Origin: Octopus bimaculoides
Lineage: Eukaryota
NCBI RefSeq assembly: GCF_001194135.2
Contig: NC_069000.1
Coordinates: forward strand, 32,671,959-32,722,757
DNA: 50,799 nt
Reading direction: 5' to 3'
Shown here: positions 23,372 to 35,875 of the stretch, in pieces
Layout: every line of letters begins with the position of its first letter
How positions within the stretch are numbered: position 1 is the first letter of the stretch
Program-made: the position numbers and the translations under genes
The notes under the pieces: model-generated
Database searches by the model: none
Told to the model about the DNA's origin: nothing
What the model saw: only the letters and a program-made list of their open reading frames with translations

Positions 23372-23498
23372 AGGGTGTCTGTGTGGTAAGAAGTTTACAT
23401 TTCACCCACATGCTTCCGGATTCAGTCGTAATGTGTGGCAATTTTGGCAAGTGTTTTCTACTATAGCCCGACGGAAACTGAAAGTGTCGCATAATATA

Positions 23499-23535
<37 letters not shown>

Positions 23536-23655
23536 ACATACATAGATGTGTGTGTGTCTGAACTTTGATGTCTGCGCTTTTCCTCCACTAACGCTTGACA
23601 CTCGATATTTACATCTCCGTATTGTAGCGGGTCGGCAAAAGAAACCAAAAGATTA
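23372..23655 (+). mobile_element. Family-G tRNA-derived SINE with internal (TG)n
   Basis: GTGTGGTAAGAAG head, TTGGCAAGTGTTTTCTACTATAGCC..GACGGAAACTGAAAG core, GGGTCGGCAAAAGAAACC tail. Confidence 0.75.
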
Positions 23656-23852
23656 AAATATCTTATATAAATGAATAAATGAATAAATGGATAAATGGAT
23701 AAATAAATATATAAATAGATAAACAGGGCCCGTTTTTTTGACTAAAACTTTCCAAGGCGTGGCCAAGCATGGTCGTAGTCTAATGAATGAAATAAGTAAA
23801 AGGTAAAAGAAAGCATATTTTTCGCCAATTAAGTTCATTAACACAACATTGG

Positions 23853-23950
23853 TCGCTCCGAGACTATAATAGAAGACACCTACCCTAGGTATCCACCCAC
23901 GGGAGTGAACCCAGAACTATTCTGTTGCAAAACGGGCCTCTTAACCATCG
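23853..23950 (-). mobile_element. Family-G SINE head (minus strand)
   Basis: Reverse complement ATGGTTAAGAGG..TCTGGGTTCACTCCC..GTGTCTTCTATTATAGTCTCGG. Confidence 0.7.
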
Positions 23951-24292
23951 TACCCTTATGACCAAAGACATTCAAACCTGTATAAACCATCATCATGTCA
24001 TACCTAGTGCATATTAGGTCTCAGCAATCTATTATGGTCCTTCCTGTCTTAAGTAGAAAGAACTTTAGTTGCTACGTATAGCATGTCGAGCCTTCTACCC
24101 TAAGAGTGGTAGTTTAAGTCTATGGATGAATGTTGGTATTTCTGAACTAAATTAAACGAAACACTATCGTTGGAAAATGGTGTATAATTCGTGTTTGGTG
24201 TATTGTAGACATACCTAGGTCGAGTGAGTGTGGACGCGTGTTTTATGTTAATGTTGTTCTTATTACTGTACTTATTTTCTTCATCCGTCTAG

Positions 24293-24331
24293 GTGGACTG
24301 CACTTTAAATTTGGCACCTACGTGTAGGCAG
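24293..24331 (+). other. Candidate 39-nt exon (phase 0: VDCTLNLAPTCRQ)
   Basis: Acceptor cttattttcttcatccgtctag and perfect CAG|GTAAGT donor; only frame 0 is open. Confidence 0.4.
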
Positions 24332-24374
24332 GTAAGTATAGCAAACTGTGCTACCTTCTGAAATACATCTACTA

Positions 24375-24465
24375 TATGTACGTGTGTATGTATGTATGTA
24401 TGTACGTATGTATGTATGTGTGTGTGTGTATGTATGTATGTATGTATGTATATACACACACACAC

Positions 24466-24497
<32 letters not shown>

Positions 24498-24517
24498 CAA
24501 TAGAGAGAGAGAAATAA

Positions 24518-24581
<64 letters not shown>

Positions 24582-24890
24582 NNNNNNNNNNNNNNNNNNN
24601 NNNNNNNNNNNNNNNNNNNNNNNNNNNNNNNNNNNNNNNNNNNNNNNNNNNNNNNNNNNNNNNNNNNNNNNNNNNNNNNNNNNNNNNNNNNNNNNNNNNN
24701 NNNNNNNNNNNNNNNNNNNNNNNNNNNNNNNNNNNNNNNNNNNNNNNNNNNNNNNNNNNNNNNNNNNNNNNNNNNNNNNNNNNNNNNNNNNNNNNNNNNN
24801 NNNNNNNNNNNNNNNNNNNNNNNNNNNTATATATATATATATATATAGATAGATAGATAGATAGATATATATATACATACGTACATAAAA
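24375..24890. repeat. Compound microsatellite spanning gap 24582-24827
   Basis: Direct sequence. Confidence 0.95.
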
Positions 24891-25529
24891 ATATATACAC
24901 GCGCGGAAGAGTGGATGGATGTGTGCACTTTTACAAAGAGACACAAACATATACACACAAAGTAAGACACATTCCCAACCGTCAAATTGTCTAGGAAAAA
25001 AATACATAATAAAATGATACAGGTAAAACAAATATATAGTTTGAAGTGGACAAATTGTCCAATAGTAAACAACCAACCAATCAAGGCAATTAGTCAATGA
25101 TTCAAACAGCCAATTCAGCAGTGCAAAACTATAATACAAAGACATCAAAAACAACAAAGAAATCCAAAAGAAAAACAAACGAAAAAAAAAAGAATATAGA
25201 AAAAAGAAAAAGAGATAAACAAAAATAAACCCAAACAAAACGAGTGTTGCTTTGAAATATGTCGCACTTTTCATCATTTTCGTTTGGGCACATCAGACGT
25301 AGCGTATCAAAGATGAGTCATGACGGCAACGAAAGACGATTTCAACCTAAATACGCCACCATTCCGCTTTGGCTTTTTAAAAGGATGACTAATGAATGGA
25401 TGGCAGCTGCTTATACGTGAAGTGAAACCAGGCAGGCTTTGCTATCACAGTTGTCATAAAATATTGTTGTACAGCGGTTTTGTGATGGGATTTACTGGGA
25501 GGCACAGTATCTGTCGTACAGTGTTCTGC

Positions 25530-25830
25530 TGTTGCATGCTGTGGTATGGTATGATGTGCTGTCGATTGGGCTTTGGTGTGGTGTGGTGTGTCGTATGCAA
25601 GTATGTAGTATGGTGTGTGGTGTTGAGAACGGTGTGGCGCATCGTGCGGGAGTAGTGTAGGGTGTAGTAGTGTGTGACGTGGTAAAGTAAGGTAGTTTTG
25701 TAATGTGTGGTTATGCAGTCTATGTCAGTGTGTATGGCATATGGTTTGTAGTACGTATGTGTGTTGGCATATGTTGCATGGTCTTGTGTTGGTGTGAGAT
25801 GAGAGTGTTGTGTGTGTATGTATGCGTGCA
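25530..25830. repeat. Degenerate pentamer (GTGTR/GTATG)n low-complexity tract
   Basis: Direct sequence. Confidence 0.7.
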
Positions 25831-26099
25831 CCGTATGTGCATGTGAAGGTATTTGTGATCTGTTGAGTAGGAAGCGGCGTTATGTGTTGTATAGTAAACA
25901 TTCGATGTGGTTTGTTGAGAGATGGGTTCGAGCTAGTTGGGTGGGGGTAATGTTCTTATGGAATTTGATGGCGTATCATTGTCGTTTATCTTTAGCACTA
26001 GGTCAGACACATGATCAAAGGCATTCCAACTACGACTATCCAATCAGTGATTTTATTTTTCTTTTTCTTTTTCCCAACTACCTGGTTTTGCGTTGTCTA

Positions 26100-26385
26100 C
26101 TGTACCTTGCTTGGGAAAGGGTCTTCTCGTATAGCCCCGGGGTGATGAAAGCTTTGTGGACGGATTTGGTAAACTGAACCTGAAGCTCGTCATATATATA
26201 AAAATATATGTGTGTATGTGTGTGTGTGTGTGCATGTGTGTATATAAATGTATATATATATATATATGTGTGTGTGTATATATATATATACACAATTAAA
26301 TTTTGGGAGAGGCATTATGGCATTATGGTTGTTATGTATAGCATGTCGAGTGGACAAATACACATACGAAATATATATATATATA

Positions 26386-26426
<41 letters not shown>

Positions 26427-26940
26427 TAGAGAATGTTAAAATCCAAACTTCACTTTCTTTTTTATAAATTTACTAAACTTAATAAAATTTTTCTAATCTA
26501 ATATTTTATAGATTTTATCGATTATAAACTTTCTTTTGGACTTTATAGATTTTTAAACCAGTATTTTGAAGAGTACGTTTTTTCTTGATGGTATCTGATC
26601 TCATTCATTGTTCGGATTGCATCTTGGTGGTNNNNNNNNNNNNNNNNNNNNNNNNNNNNNNNNNNNNNNNNNNNNNNNNNNNNNNNNNNNNNNNNNNNNN
26701 NNNNNNNNNNNNNNNNNNNNNNNNNNNNNNNNNNNNNNNATGCGTATATATTATGTTTGTCATCCACCATCGCTTGACAACTGATGTTGGTTTGCTGATG
26801 TCCTCGTAGCTTAGCGGTTCAGCAAAAAGATAACAATACAAAAAGTAGTAGTCTTAAAAAAAAATTAATGAAGTCGATTGGTTCGACTAAACTCTTCAAA
26901 ACAGCGACCTAGCCTGGCTGCAGTCTAATGACTTGAGACA
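26100..26940 (+). mobile_element. Dismembered family-G SINE pieces (core 26100-26195, mid 26765-26830, tail 26870-26940) separated by microsatellite and gap
   Basis: Similarity to 23372-23655 in colinear order. Confidence 0.55.
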
Positions 26941-27362
26941 TCTAGAAGGTAAGAGATAGTGTTTCAAGGACTACATTATCCAATGTCCATCATGTTTTTA
27001 AAACGAGATTCTTCCTCGTGCGACCTTGCTGCCTGGTATGTTTCCTCAGGTATTGTACCTTTGTGATGATGGGTGAAGCGTAGTTTACCGTAATGTGTGA
27101 TTTAATATAACGCGGGATGTTTCAGCTTGATGTGACAAAGAGTGGTTTTATGTAGTATGAGAATGCCTTGTGGTGTTGCGTGGTACTTTAGAACGTGGCT
27201 TGAAAGGAAGTATGTATTGAGATAGCGTGATATGGTGTTTGGTTGCTTAATGTTAGATCTTCTCTGTTTGAACAAGGCTATATTCGAAAGCATTCCAGAG
27301 TTGACCATTTTGGGAAATCTAGATCGGCTTTGTCTCATATGTCTCTCTCACACACACACACA

Positions 27363-27409
<47 letters not shown>

Positions 27410-27485
27410 NNNNNNNNNNNNNNNNNNNNNNNNNNNNNNNNNNNNNNNNNNNNNNNNNNNNNNNNNNNNNNNNNNNNNNNNNNNN

Positions 27486-27539
<54 letters not shown>

Positions 27540-27979
27540 ATCTTTCTTTTATGAGACTATATAATCATTACTGACGTGATTTGGGAGAATCTCTAGAGGC
27601 TCCTTGGCGGATGCTGAGGGAATGGCACGGACCGCCAGCGATGGCGAGTACCCGTGGACCACATCGGCTCTACGCATAATGACATCTCTGAAACCACTAA
27701 CCTAGGTTGATCCTAGCCTCATTAAGTAAAGGGCATGAAGCAAGCAAGGAATAAGACTTGAAGGTATTTGGCTGCTCTTTCTTGCAGTTTGAGTGATTAT
27801 GTAGGGACGTCTTCATACGTTCGTTCGATATGGCGTTTTCTGCTTAGTAAAGTGTTGTAATACTAGTTGGGTCGTGGTGAGAGGTGATGCTATGGCATAG
27901 TGTAGTGGTCTCTGTATGGTATAAGAATGAGCATTCATATGCACTCGTTGATTTGGAGAATGTCTAAGAAATCCGTATG

Positions 27980-29448
27980 AGAGAGATGTGAAGTGTGAGA
28001 GAAGGACTGCGGTTCTTCAGGTGCACAGATGGGGTCGCAAGTGCTATGGTAACTTGCAGGTGAAGATGGCTGGCTGCATGTTAATGTATGTATATGTGTA
28101 TACCAGTGTGCGAAGGAAAGTGTGCATGTTTGCAAACGTAAGTGTGGGAGTATGCCTATGTAAGTGTGGGTATACGTGTATGTGTATATAAGAGTATATA
28201 TGTGTGTGTGTATGTGTGTGTGTGTGTATGTGTCGGTGAGAGTGTGCATATGTTTAAGAGTGCGTATATTCGTACGTAATTGTGTGTATATGTGTATGCA
28301 TGTATGTGCGGATATAAGCTTGCATATATTTGCAAGTATGTGTATGTGCGGAAATGTGTGTATATGCGTATGTGTGTATACGCATGTGTGTTTTTGTGTA
28401 TCTAAGCTTGCGTATATGCGTGTTTGTTATGCGTATCTAAGTGTGCGTATGTGTACGTAAATGTGTGCATGTGTATCTTAGTGCATGCATCTGTGTGTTA
28501 GAGTGTGTATATGTGTAAGTGCTTGTATGTGGGAAAATGTGTATGTAAGTGTACGTCTGTTTCTGCATGTAGGTGAGAGTTAATACGTGTGCAAATCTGT
28601 CTTTATCCGTAAGTGTGGGTGCATGTGCATTTGCGTGCAGATGCGTAAGCGCGCGTATACCTGTATGTAAGTATATCCATATGCACATGTAAGTATGAAT
28701 TTATGGTTAAGTGTGTGTAGATGTGTATGTAAGTTTGTGTGCGTGTTTGTGCATGTAATTGTGTGTATAGTGGTCTGTACGTGTATATGTACATATACTT
28801 CAACGTGTCTGTGCTTACCTGTGTGTTTCCGATGATGGTTTTAATGTGACATGTGGATGTATAGGTGTTACTAGGTTTGTGTGAGAGAAAATACATGCTA
28901 AGAGGTATATGCTTAGGGGTATATGTTTAGAGGTATACTTCTATGGGTAGAGAGAATATGGTATGGATACGTGTGTGCCCGTACAGAGGTATGTTTCTAT
29001 ATATATTAACGCCTAAGTTAGAGCGGTGTGTGAAAGAATCCACTGTTCTTGTCGGTGTGTTTGTGTGTGTATGTGTGTGCCTTTATGTAGGCTTCTGCGT
29101 ATGTAAGTATATGTGAGCGTGTGTGTGTGTATGTACATGTCTATGTATATAATATGTTTGTCTATGTATATAGTATGCATGCATGTAGCTACGGTTTCGT
29201 AAAGATATGTGTGTCTTTTGTGTGTTGTGTAAGATATGTAACAAAGTATTTTTGTTTCTTTTTTTTTTTTCTGCTTCTGTTTTCCCGGTAAAAAAGGGAG
29301 TGTGTATGTGTATGTGTAGGTATGTATATATTTATGAACGAGTATATCCAAGAGAATGTGAATCAGTAGATGACTAAGATGAATGTGTGAATTTGTTTCT
29401 ATTTTTGAATAGATGTCTCTTTTACTCCATCTGTATGTATGCATAATA

Positions 29449-29480
<32 letters not shown>

Positions 29481-30540
29481 ATGTATGTATTTATATATAT
29501 GTACCTCTCTCTCTCTCTCTCTCTCTNNNNNNNNNNNNNNNNNNNNNNNNNNNNNNNNNNNNNNNNNNNNNNNNNNNNNNNNNNNNNNNNNNNNNNNNNN
29601 NNNNNNNNNNNNNNNNNNNNNNNNNNNNNNNNNNNNNNNNNNNNNNNNNNNNNNNNNNNNNNNNNNNNNNNNNNNNNNNNNNNNNNNNNNNNNNNNNNNN
29701 NNNNNNNNNNNNNNNNNNNNNNNNNNNNNNNNNNNNNNNNNNNNNNNNNNNNNNNNNNNNNNNNNNNNNNNNNNNNNNNNNNNNNNNNNNNNNNNNNNNN
29801 NNNNNNNNNNNNNNNNNNNNNNNNNNNNNNNNNNNNNNNNNNNNNNNNNNNNNNNNNNNNNNNNNNNNNNNNTATATATATATATATATATATATGAAGA
29901 TGTGTGTGTGTGTGTGTGGTACTGTGTACGATGTGCGGTTGTGTAGGAATACGATTCGTGCCTATAGAAATATGTGCAAGAAATGTGTAGGAGTAGACAT
30001 CTGTGTGCATTTGTGAACGTGAGAAGTATAATTTTATCGGGTGTATATAGCGTATGTATGTAGTTCATCATCAGTGCGTGTTTGTGTGTGTGTATATATA
30101 TATATGTGATATATGCTAATGATGTATGTATGTATATGTACGTGAGTGCGTGTTTAGACGAGTAAGAGCGGATTTGTACATACATGTGTAATTGTATTGC
30201 TTGGTGTATGATAGAGTTTATCAGTGTGTATATAAGATATGTATGTGTGTATGGATATATATGTGTGTGTATGTGTGTGTATGTTTGTGTGTGTATGTGC
30301 ATGTGTTCTTTGGTGAGTGCGTGTGATCCATTGTTTGGAAAAAGTACGTGTGTATATAAGTTAGCGCGTATATATATGTATGCATCTGTATTGTTGAAGT
30401 TACGCTATGTGTGTATGGATGTATGCATGTTTGCATGCATGAATATGTATGTATGTGTGTATGCATTTGTGTATCGGTGTAACGTGATGTGCGATATATG
30501 TGGAGGGGAGGGGTTCATAATTACAATTAAAACAGGTGGG
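27980..30540. repeat. Long degenerate (TG/TA/TATG)n low-complexity region including gap 29527-29872
   Basis: Direct sequence; source of the many H/T/Y/I and C/V/M ORFs. Confidence 0.9.
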
Positions 30541-30664
30541 GCAGCCAAGGTGTGGTTGGGAGTGGGGGTGTATATCTAAATAGGAATAGTAAAACAAAGT
30601 GAATTTGAATAAAGCTTGATTAGCGTGAATAAGAGGAGTTGGTCGGGGTGGGTCGGGGGAGAAG

Positions 30665-31200
30665 TTAAACACAGACAGAAGAGAGGGCAGAGGGAGAGTA
30701 CGAATGTAGACAGAGCACAGTATGGAGGAGAGAGTGGAATTACATTTGAGAAAGTACAGAGTGAAGGATAGAGTGAAAGGTGATAGACACTGAGAAAAAA
30801 AAAGATTGAGAGAGGGAAAGGAGAGAGGAAGAGGAAGAGGAGAAAGAGAAAGGGGGAATGAGGGAGAGAAAGGAAGGAGAGGGAGAGGAAGATGGATAGG
30901 CGAGAAAGAAGGAACGGAAAGAGAGATAGAGAAAGAGGGAAGTGAGAGTAGAGAGGAGAATAATGTGGGGGGAGCGTGATAAATAAATTAGCGATATAAG
31001 ATAAAAATAGTAAGAATGAATAGGAAAAACAAGATGTGAGAGATAAAGAGAGAGAAGGGGAAAAGATAGAGAGAAGTGTTAAAGAGAAAAACTAGAGATT
31101 AAAAGAGAGAGAGATAATGAGAAAGGGAGAGATGTGAAAGTGAAAGTGATATAAGAAGGTAAAAACAAAAAAAAATAATCTTTTTAATTTTAAGAAAAGG
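30665..31200. repeat. Degenerate polypurine (GA/GAA)n tract
   Basis: Direct sequence. Confidence 0.85.
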
Positions 31201-31421
31201 AGGAAAGATGATTATAACCATCCTCTATATTGTTATTTTATTCAAAGGTTTTCAAAGGTATGAAAAGCAAAGTTTACTTGAGCGGGATTTGAACTAAGAA
31301 TGTAGAGAGCCGGATGAAATACTAACGGTCTTTTTTTTTTACCAACACTGTGACGATTCATGGTGAAAAGAGAGAAAAGAAAAAGGGACAAACTGAAAGG
31401 AAATTATGGTTTCTGATTTAA

Positions 31422-31722
31422 CCCATTACCTCCCATAATTCTACTAACTGGAATTTTTTTTATGAAACTTTGATTTCTAGCATAAAACAACCTTAGAAAC
31501 ACGCTGGAATGATCAAAATAACATTTCAAAATAACATTTCCAAATAATATTTTAAATAGAATTAAGCGAGATATTGGGTGAAAAATTATCAAACCTCATT
31601 TGAGTATCAGAGAAATATACCTGGTAGATATAGCAAAAAGTTTAGATATGTGTAAATATTGACAGATAATTACGAAATTTTTAATTAAGTGATCTCATAT
31701 GAGATCACTGGTAGGTAATGGG
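31422..31722. mobile_element. piggyBac-type MITE (301 bp) with TTAA target duplication
   Basis: TTAA|CCCATTACCTCCCA ... TGGTAGGTAATGGG|TTAA; 13/14 TIR match. Confidence 0.85.
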
Positions 31723-32184
31723 TTAAGTACAAGGTGAACAATTTTGAGAGTGAGGTTAGTCAATACTAATGGCGCCAGTATTTGTAGTGAATACTGCCTT
31801 AGTATTAGGACTCGTAGGGGCCGATTAGCTGCTTTCCATGCTGAACAAGATCCCAACAGAGTTCCTAAACGGGCCGCCAGTTTGTTACAGGCTTAGTCAT
31901 TTACAGCTTTCTGGACTGGAGTTGCGTGAAATGGTTTAGCTTGCCAGTTGAAGCAGTTTACCAGGTGTGACCACTGTGTATGCTACAGCTACATGAACCC
32001 GCAGGTGAGAGGTGGGTGCAACGTGGGGACCAACGTGGGGACAGGTCACACCTTAGGAGTGCGACTAGCCCCACCCACCAGAGATGTTACTCCTCCCTGA
32101 AAACCCTAACGGGATATAAAAGGTATTATATGTACGCTAAATACAAATATAAAAATATAAAGGGAATATAAAAGGAATAGAATA

Positions 32185-32201
32185 TAATAATAATAATATT
32201 G

Positions 32202-32258
<57 letters not shown>

Positions 32259-32267
32259 TTCATAATG

Positions 32268-32330
<63 letters not shown>
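32185..32330. repeat. (AAT)n microsatellite
   Basis: Direct sequence. Confidence 0.97.
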
Positions 32331-32332
<2 letters not shown>

Positions 32333-33156
32333 AATAAAATGACAATAAAAGAATGAGACCTCGATATTAGATAAATAGAGGAATGTATATATGTATAGTT
32401 TAGGACAATCAGTAAGTTGTCATAATAAGACTCAGAGTTTCAACGGTTTCTTATAGCGTCTATTATCATAATAGCCTATGAGAATACTTCGTAGCTCTTA
32501 GCTCCGGCATTTGAAACCCTGAGCCCTATTNNNNNNNNNNNNNNNNNNNNNNNNNNNNNNNNNNNNNNNNNNNNNNNNNNNNNNNNNNNNNNNNNNNNNN
32601 NNNNNNNNNNNNNNNNNNNNNNNNNNNNNNNNNNNNNNNNNNNNNNNNNNNNNNNNNNNNNNNNNNNNNNNNNNNNNNNNNNNNNNNNNNNNNNNNNNNN
32701 NNNNNNNNNNNNNNNNNNNNNNNNNNNNNNNNNNNNNNNNNNNNNNNNNNNNNNNNNNNNNNNNNNNNNNNNNNNNATATAAAAATAATTAAAAAGTGAA
32801 TTGTTTCTTCTCAGATCGTAACGCCAGGGAAGCGAAACCGTGATATCGTGGTCGAGATTGCATCACCTTAACAAATTATTTGGTCACAGGCCTTCATTTT
32901 AGTATTTGGCTGCTACGTCATTTTATCGTCTACAGAGATACATCAACCGGTTCTGAACTCACAATGTGAAGACTCGGAAAAAATAACAAGCCATTTTTTT
33001 CCGACGATCTAATGATGCGACCAATCCATGGTGAAAGAAAGGAAAGAGAGAAGAGCGAAGACGAGACAGAAAGAATAAAATTGAAAAATGATGAGACGTA
33101 GAAATGACTAAAGTAGATACAAGGGAGAGATTGATGAGTGATGTGTGAGAGATGGA

Positions 33157-33314
33157 GGGAGTAGCGTAGTTAGAGGGGGTCCACCCCGGGTGACGCTACA
33201 ATTGGGCAGGCTGTTTTGGATCTGCAGTTTAAGCTTGTGTAAGCTTGGGGGCCCGATGTGGGGCGGCAAACTGAACGGCTGCCCCGGGCATTACATACTC
33301 TATTTACGCCGCTA
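33157..33314. mobile_element. Short hAT-like MITE relic
   Basis: Imperfect TIR AGTAGCGTAGTTAGAG / CTCTATTTACGCCGCT (12/16), subterminal CCCCGGG motifs, 6/8 flanking duplication. Confidence 0.4.
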
Positions 33315-33597
33315 AAGATGGGAATAGTTAAAGGAGAGCTGGAGAAAGACAGAATAAATGAAAGAACGAGTAGAAGAAATGAAAGAATAAGCATGAGAAT
33401 AGAGAGGGAGAAAGACCGGTGAGGAAGGTAAGTGGAATAATGAGAGGGGTGTCAATGTGTGAATAAGTGACACAGAGGTGGAGATAACAATAAGTGAAAG
33501 AAATGTGAAAGGAGAAAAGAAAACAGACGAGGAAGGGGAAAGAAAAAAATAGTCTTTAAACGAGAGAAATTAAGAGAATGACATAAGGCACATGATA

Positions 33598-33770
33598 GGG
33601 AGAGAGAGAGAGAGAGACAGAGAGACAGAGAGAGAGAGAGACAGAGAGAGAGAGAAAGGGAAGAAGAAGAAGAAGAAGACGAAGAAGAAGACGAAGAAGA
33701 AGAAGAAGAAGAAGAAGAAGAAGAAGAAGAAGAAGAAGAAGAAGAAGAAGAAGAAGAAGAAGAAAAAGAA
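33598..33770. repeat. (GA)n followed by (GAA)n triplet tract
   Basis: Direct sequence. Confidence 0.97.
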
Positions 33771-34599
33771 GTAAAAACTGCATGATTTTCAACAAGGAAG
33801 GAAAACGGGAGAAAAAAATCACTATTTCAGAATTTGTTGTATGTCGAGCGGTCATTATAGCAACAATAAATACACATGCATTGGTTCTATTTCACTTCTT
33901 TTCTTTTATAAGTCAATTGGTTAACCAATCACCAACTAGCTAATTGATTATGTGATTATTCGTTCGATCAATAAGCCAACCAGGGAGGTTTATCAAAGTT
34001 CTTTCGTCGCCATTCGAGGTCTCTCAACTCAAAGTCTATTTTAGGTGTGTGAAAATCAGGTGCGTGTGTTTTTATTGACATAATAACCCTCTCGGGATAC
34101 AACAGAGTATGTTTTAACAGGCGAGATGACATCAAGAATCTTGCAACCCAAATACAAAACCTGAATACTTCATTAAGATGTAATAGACAATGAGTAGAAG
34201 TGTAATCGTCAAATTGATTAGTTCTATATGTGCTATATTCATGAAAACCAACAACTGTTAATTCCAGCGCCAGACAAAATACATTACTTGTCACTCTCTT
34301 GTAAATTACGAGTACAAATTGCACCTAGATCAAATATGCCTTTCTTACTTTCAGGCTCAAAGTACAAGTCAAGAACTGAAGTCGATTACATTGACTTCCA
34401 CCTGTTCTAAAATAAAAATGTTGACCGTATGCCAAAATCTGAACAATGATTATTATTTTGTCGCCATAGCTGGAGGTGTGTTTTTGGAGCGCAGTAAGTT
34501 TATAACTAATTCACTTGTTTTAAAAGGTTCTATACTGTATTTCGTTGGTTAAATCATTTTGCAAGTCAGCTGCCCTTCTGGAGGTGGGGGCTAATATTT

Positions 34600-35590
34600 G
34601 TTAACCAAATCATCCAGATCTTATCTAGATAGGGTATTTTGTAGGCCAGCAGATAGGAAAGCATAGGGTGTCCACAATTTGAATTTGTCAACTACACAGA
34701 CCACAAATTTGTGATCTGTACAGTTGACCTAGATAGGCTCTATAGCCAGGGACTCGGATACTGGAAGCTGAACTCGTCCTTCCCGGTGCGTCAAGCTTTC
34801 AGAGAACAGCTTAGCAAGTTAGTCCATCGAAAGTTGACGGGTGCAGTTGTCAACAACCGATAGTGGAGAACCTTAAAACGAGCGATTAGAGCAGAAGCTG
34901 TAGGATTTAGCAGATAACTAGCAATAGAAGAGACTAAAGTAGAGGGAGACCTAGTCAGGAAATTAGAAGAGGCACTCAGAAGAGGCATAGCGACCGATGT
35001 GCTGGCAGCAAGATTGGTTCTGAACCAATTCTGCTACACCAAGCATGAAGGTTGCATTGTCTGTGGACAAGAACTGAGACGAGGTGACAGACAAAGTGGC
35101 CAATCTCACACAGACATGAGCCGAGAGGAAGCTGTCTCTGAAAGGTGGGGTGGAGGTGGAAAATGCATACATCGCATCTGTCATATATTACCGCCTAACT
35201 GTCATTCCTTGAGCCGCTTCGTGGCTGGACGGGCTGCTGCGTTTGCTTTTCCGCTTCCTGTGAAGGGGACGGGTACTGCTTGTCAAACGGTTCATTTCCT
35301 GTAAGTACCCGTTGCGTAGAGGACTGGGCAATCCGTGGTTGAGAGTGCTCAGGCATGCACTGAGGTTGCAACATCTCTAGCGATACCTTAACGGTGAGCA
35401 GGCGTGGTCGCCGTTTGTTGAACGCGCTTTTCCAAAGCTCGTCTCCTTAACAGAGCTGCAGTCTTGGGTCAGGCGTAGACCGAGGCAGGGCACTTGGCAC
35501 CTAGACTGTCTCCAAGCACTCACAGCGCGACGACATGGGCGTTGAGGGGCATCAACTGGCTGGTCTCTTCCGGAGGATTTTCCGACCGGC
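34600..35590 (+). mobile_element. Tx1/L1-clade LINE ORF2 relic with the RT core deleted
   Basis: Endonuclease C-terminus SRSYLDRV..YTDHKFV..GYWKLNSS, then WRTLKRAIRAE..KHEGCIV, fused at about 35062 to post-RT ERKLSLKG.VEVENAYIASVIYYRLTV..LFRFL*RG..GLGNPWL; in-frame stops. Confidence 0.85.
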
Positions 35591-35639
35591 AACTATGGAT
35601 AACAAATGACTGAAACAAGTAAAACAGCAAAACAGTAAA

Positions 35640-35647
35640 CAGTATAC

Positions 35648-35716
<69 letters not shown>

Positions 35717-35875
35717 TGGGTGTGGATGTGTGTGTGTGTATGTATGTATGTATAAATGTGTGAATGTGACTCTGTGTGTATTCCACGTGTTTTTGCATGT
35801 TTATATGTATATATGGATGTATATACGAGTGTGCGTGTGTGTGTGTGTTTGTATACATGTATATATATACGTACA
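35640..35875. repeat. (TA)n/(TG)n microsatellite
   Basis: Direct sequence. Confidence 0.95.

Noticed and set aside
27590-27710. hAT MITE
   Set aside because: Only a 3' TIR-like word (TGAAACCACT) is visible; no 5' end or TSD
28815-28872. Minus-strand exon with CAG|GTAAGC donor
   Set aside because: Embedded in degenerate microsatellite, where chance splice-like words are expected
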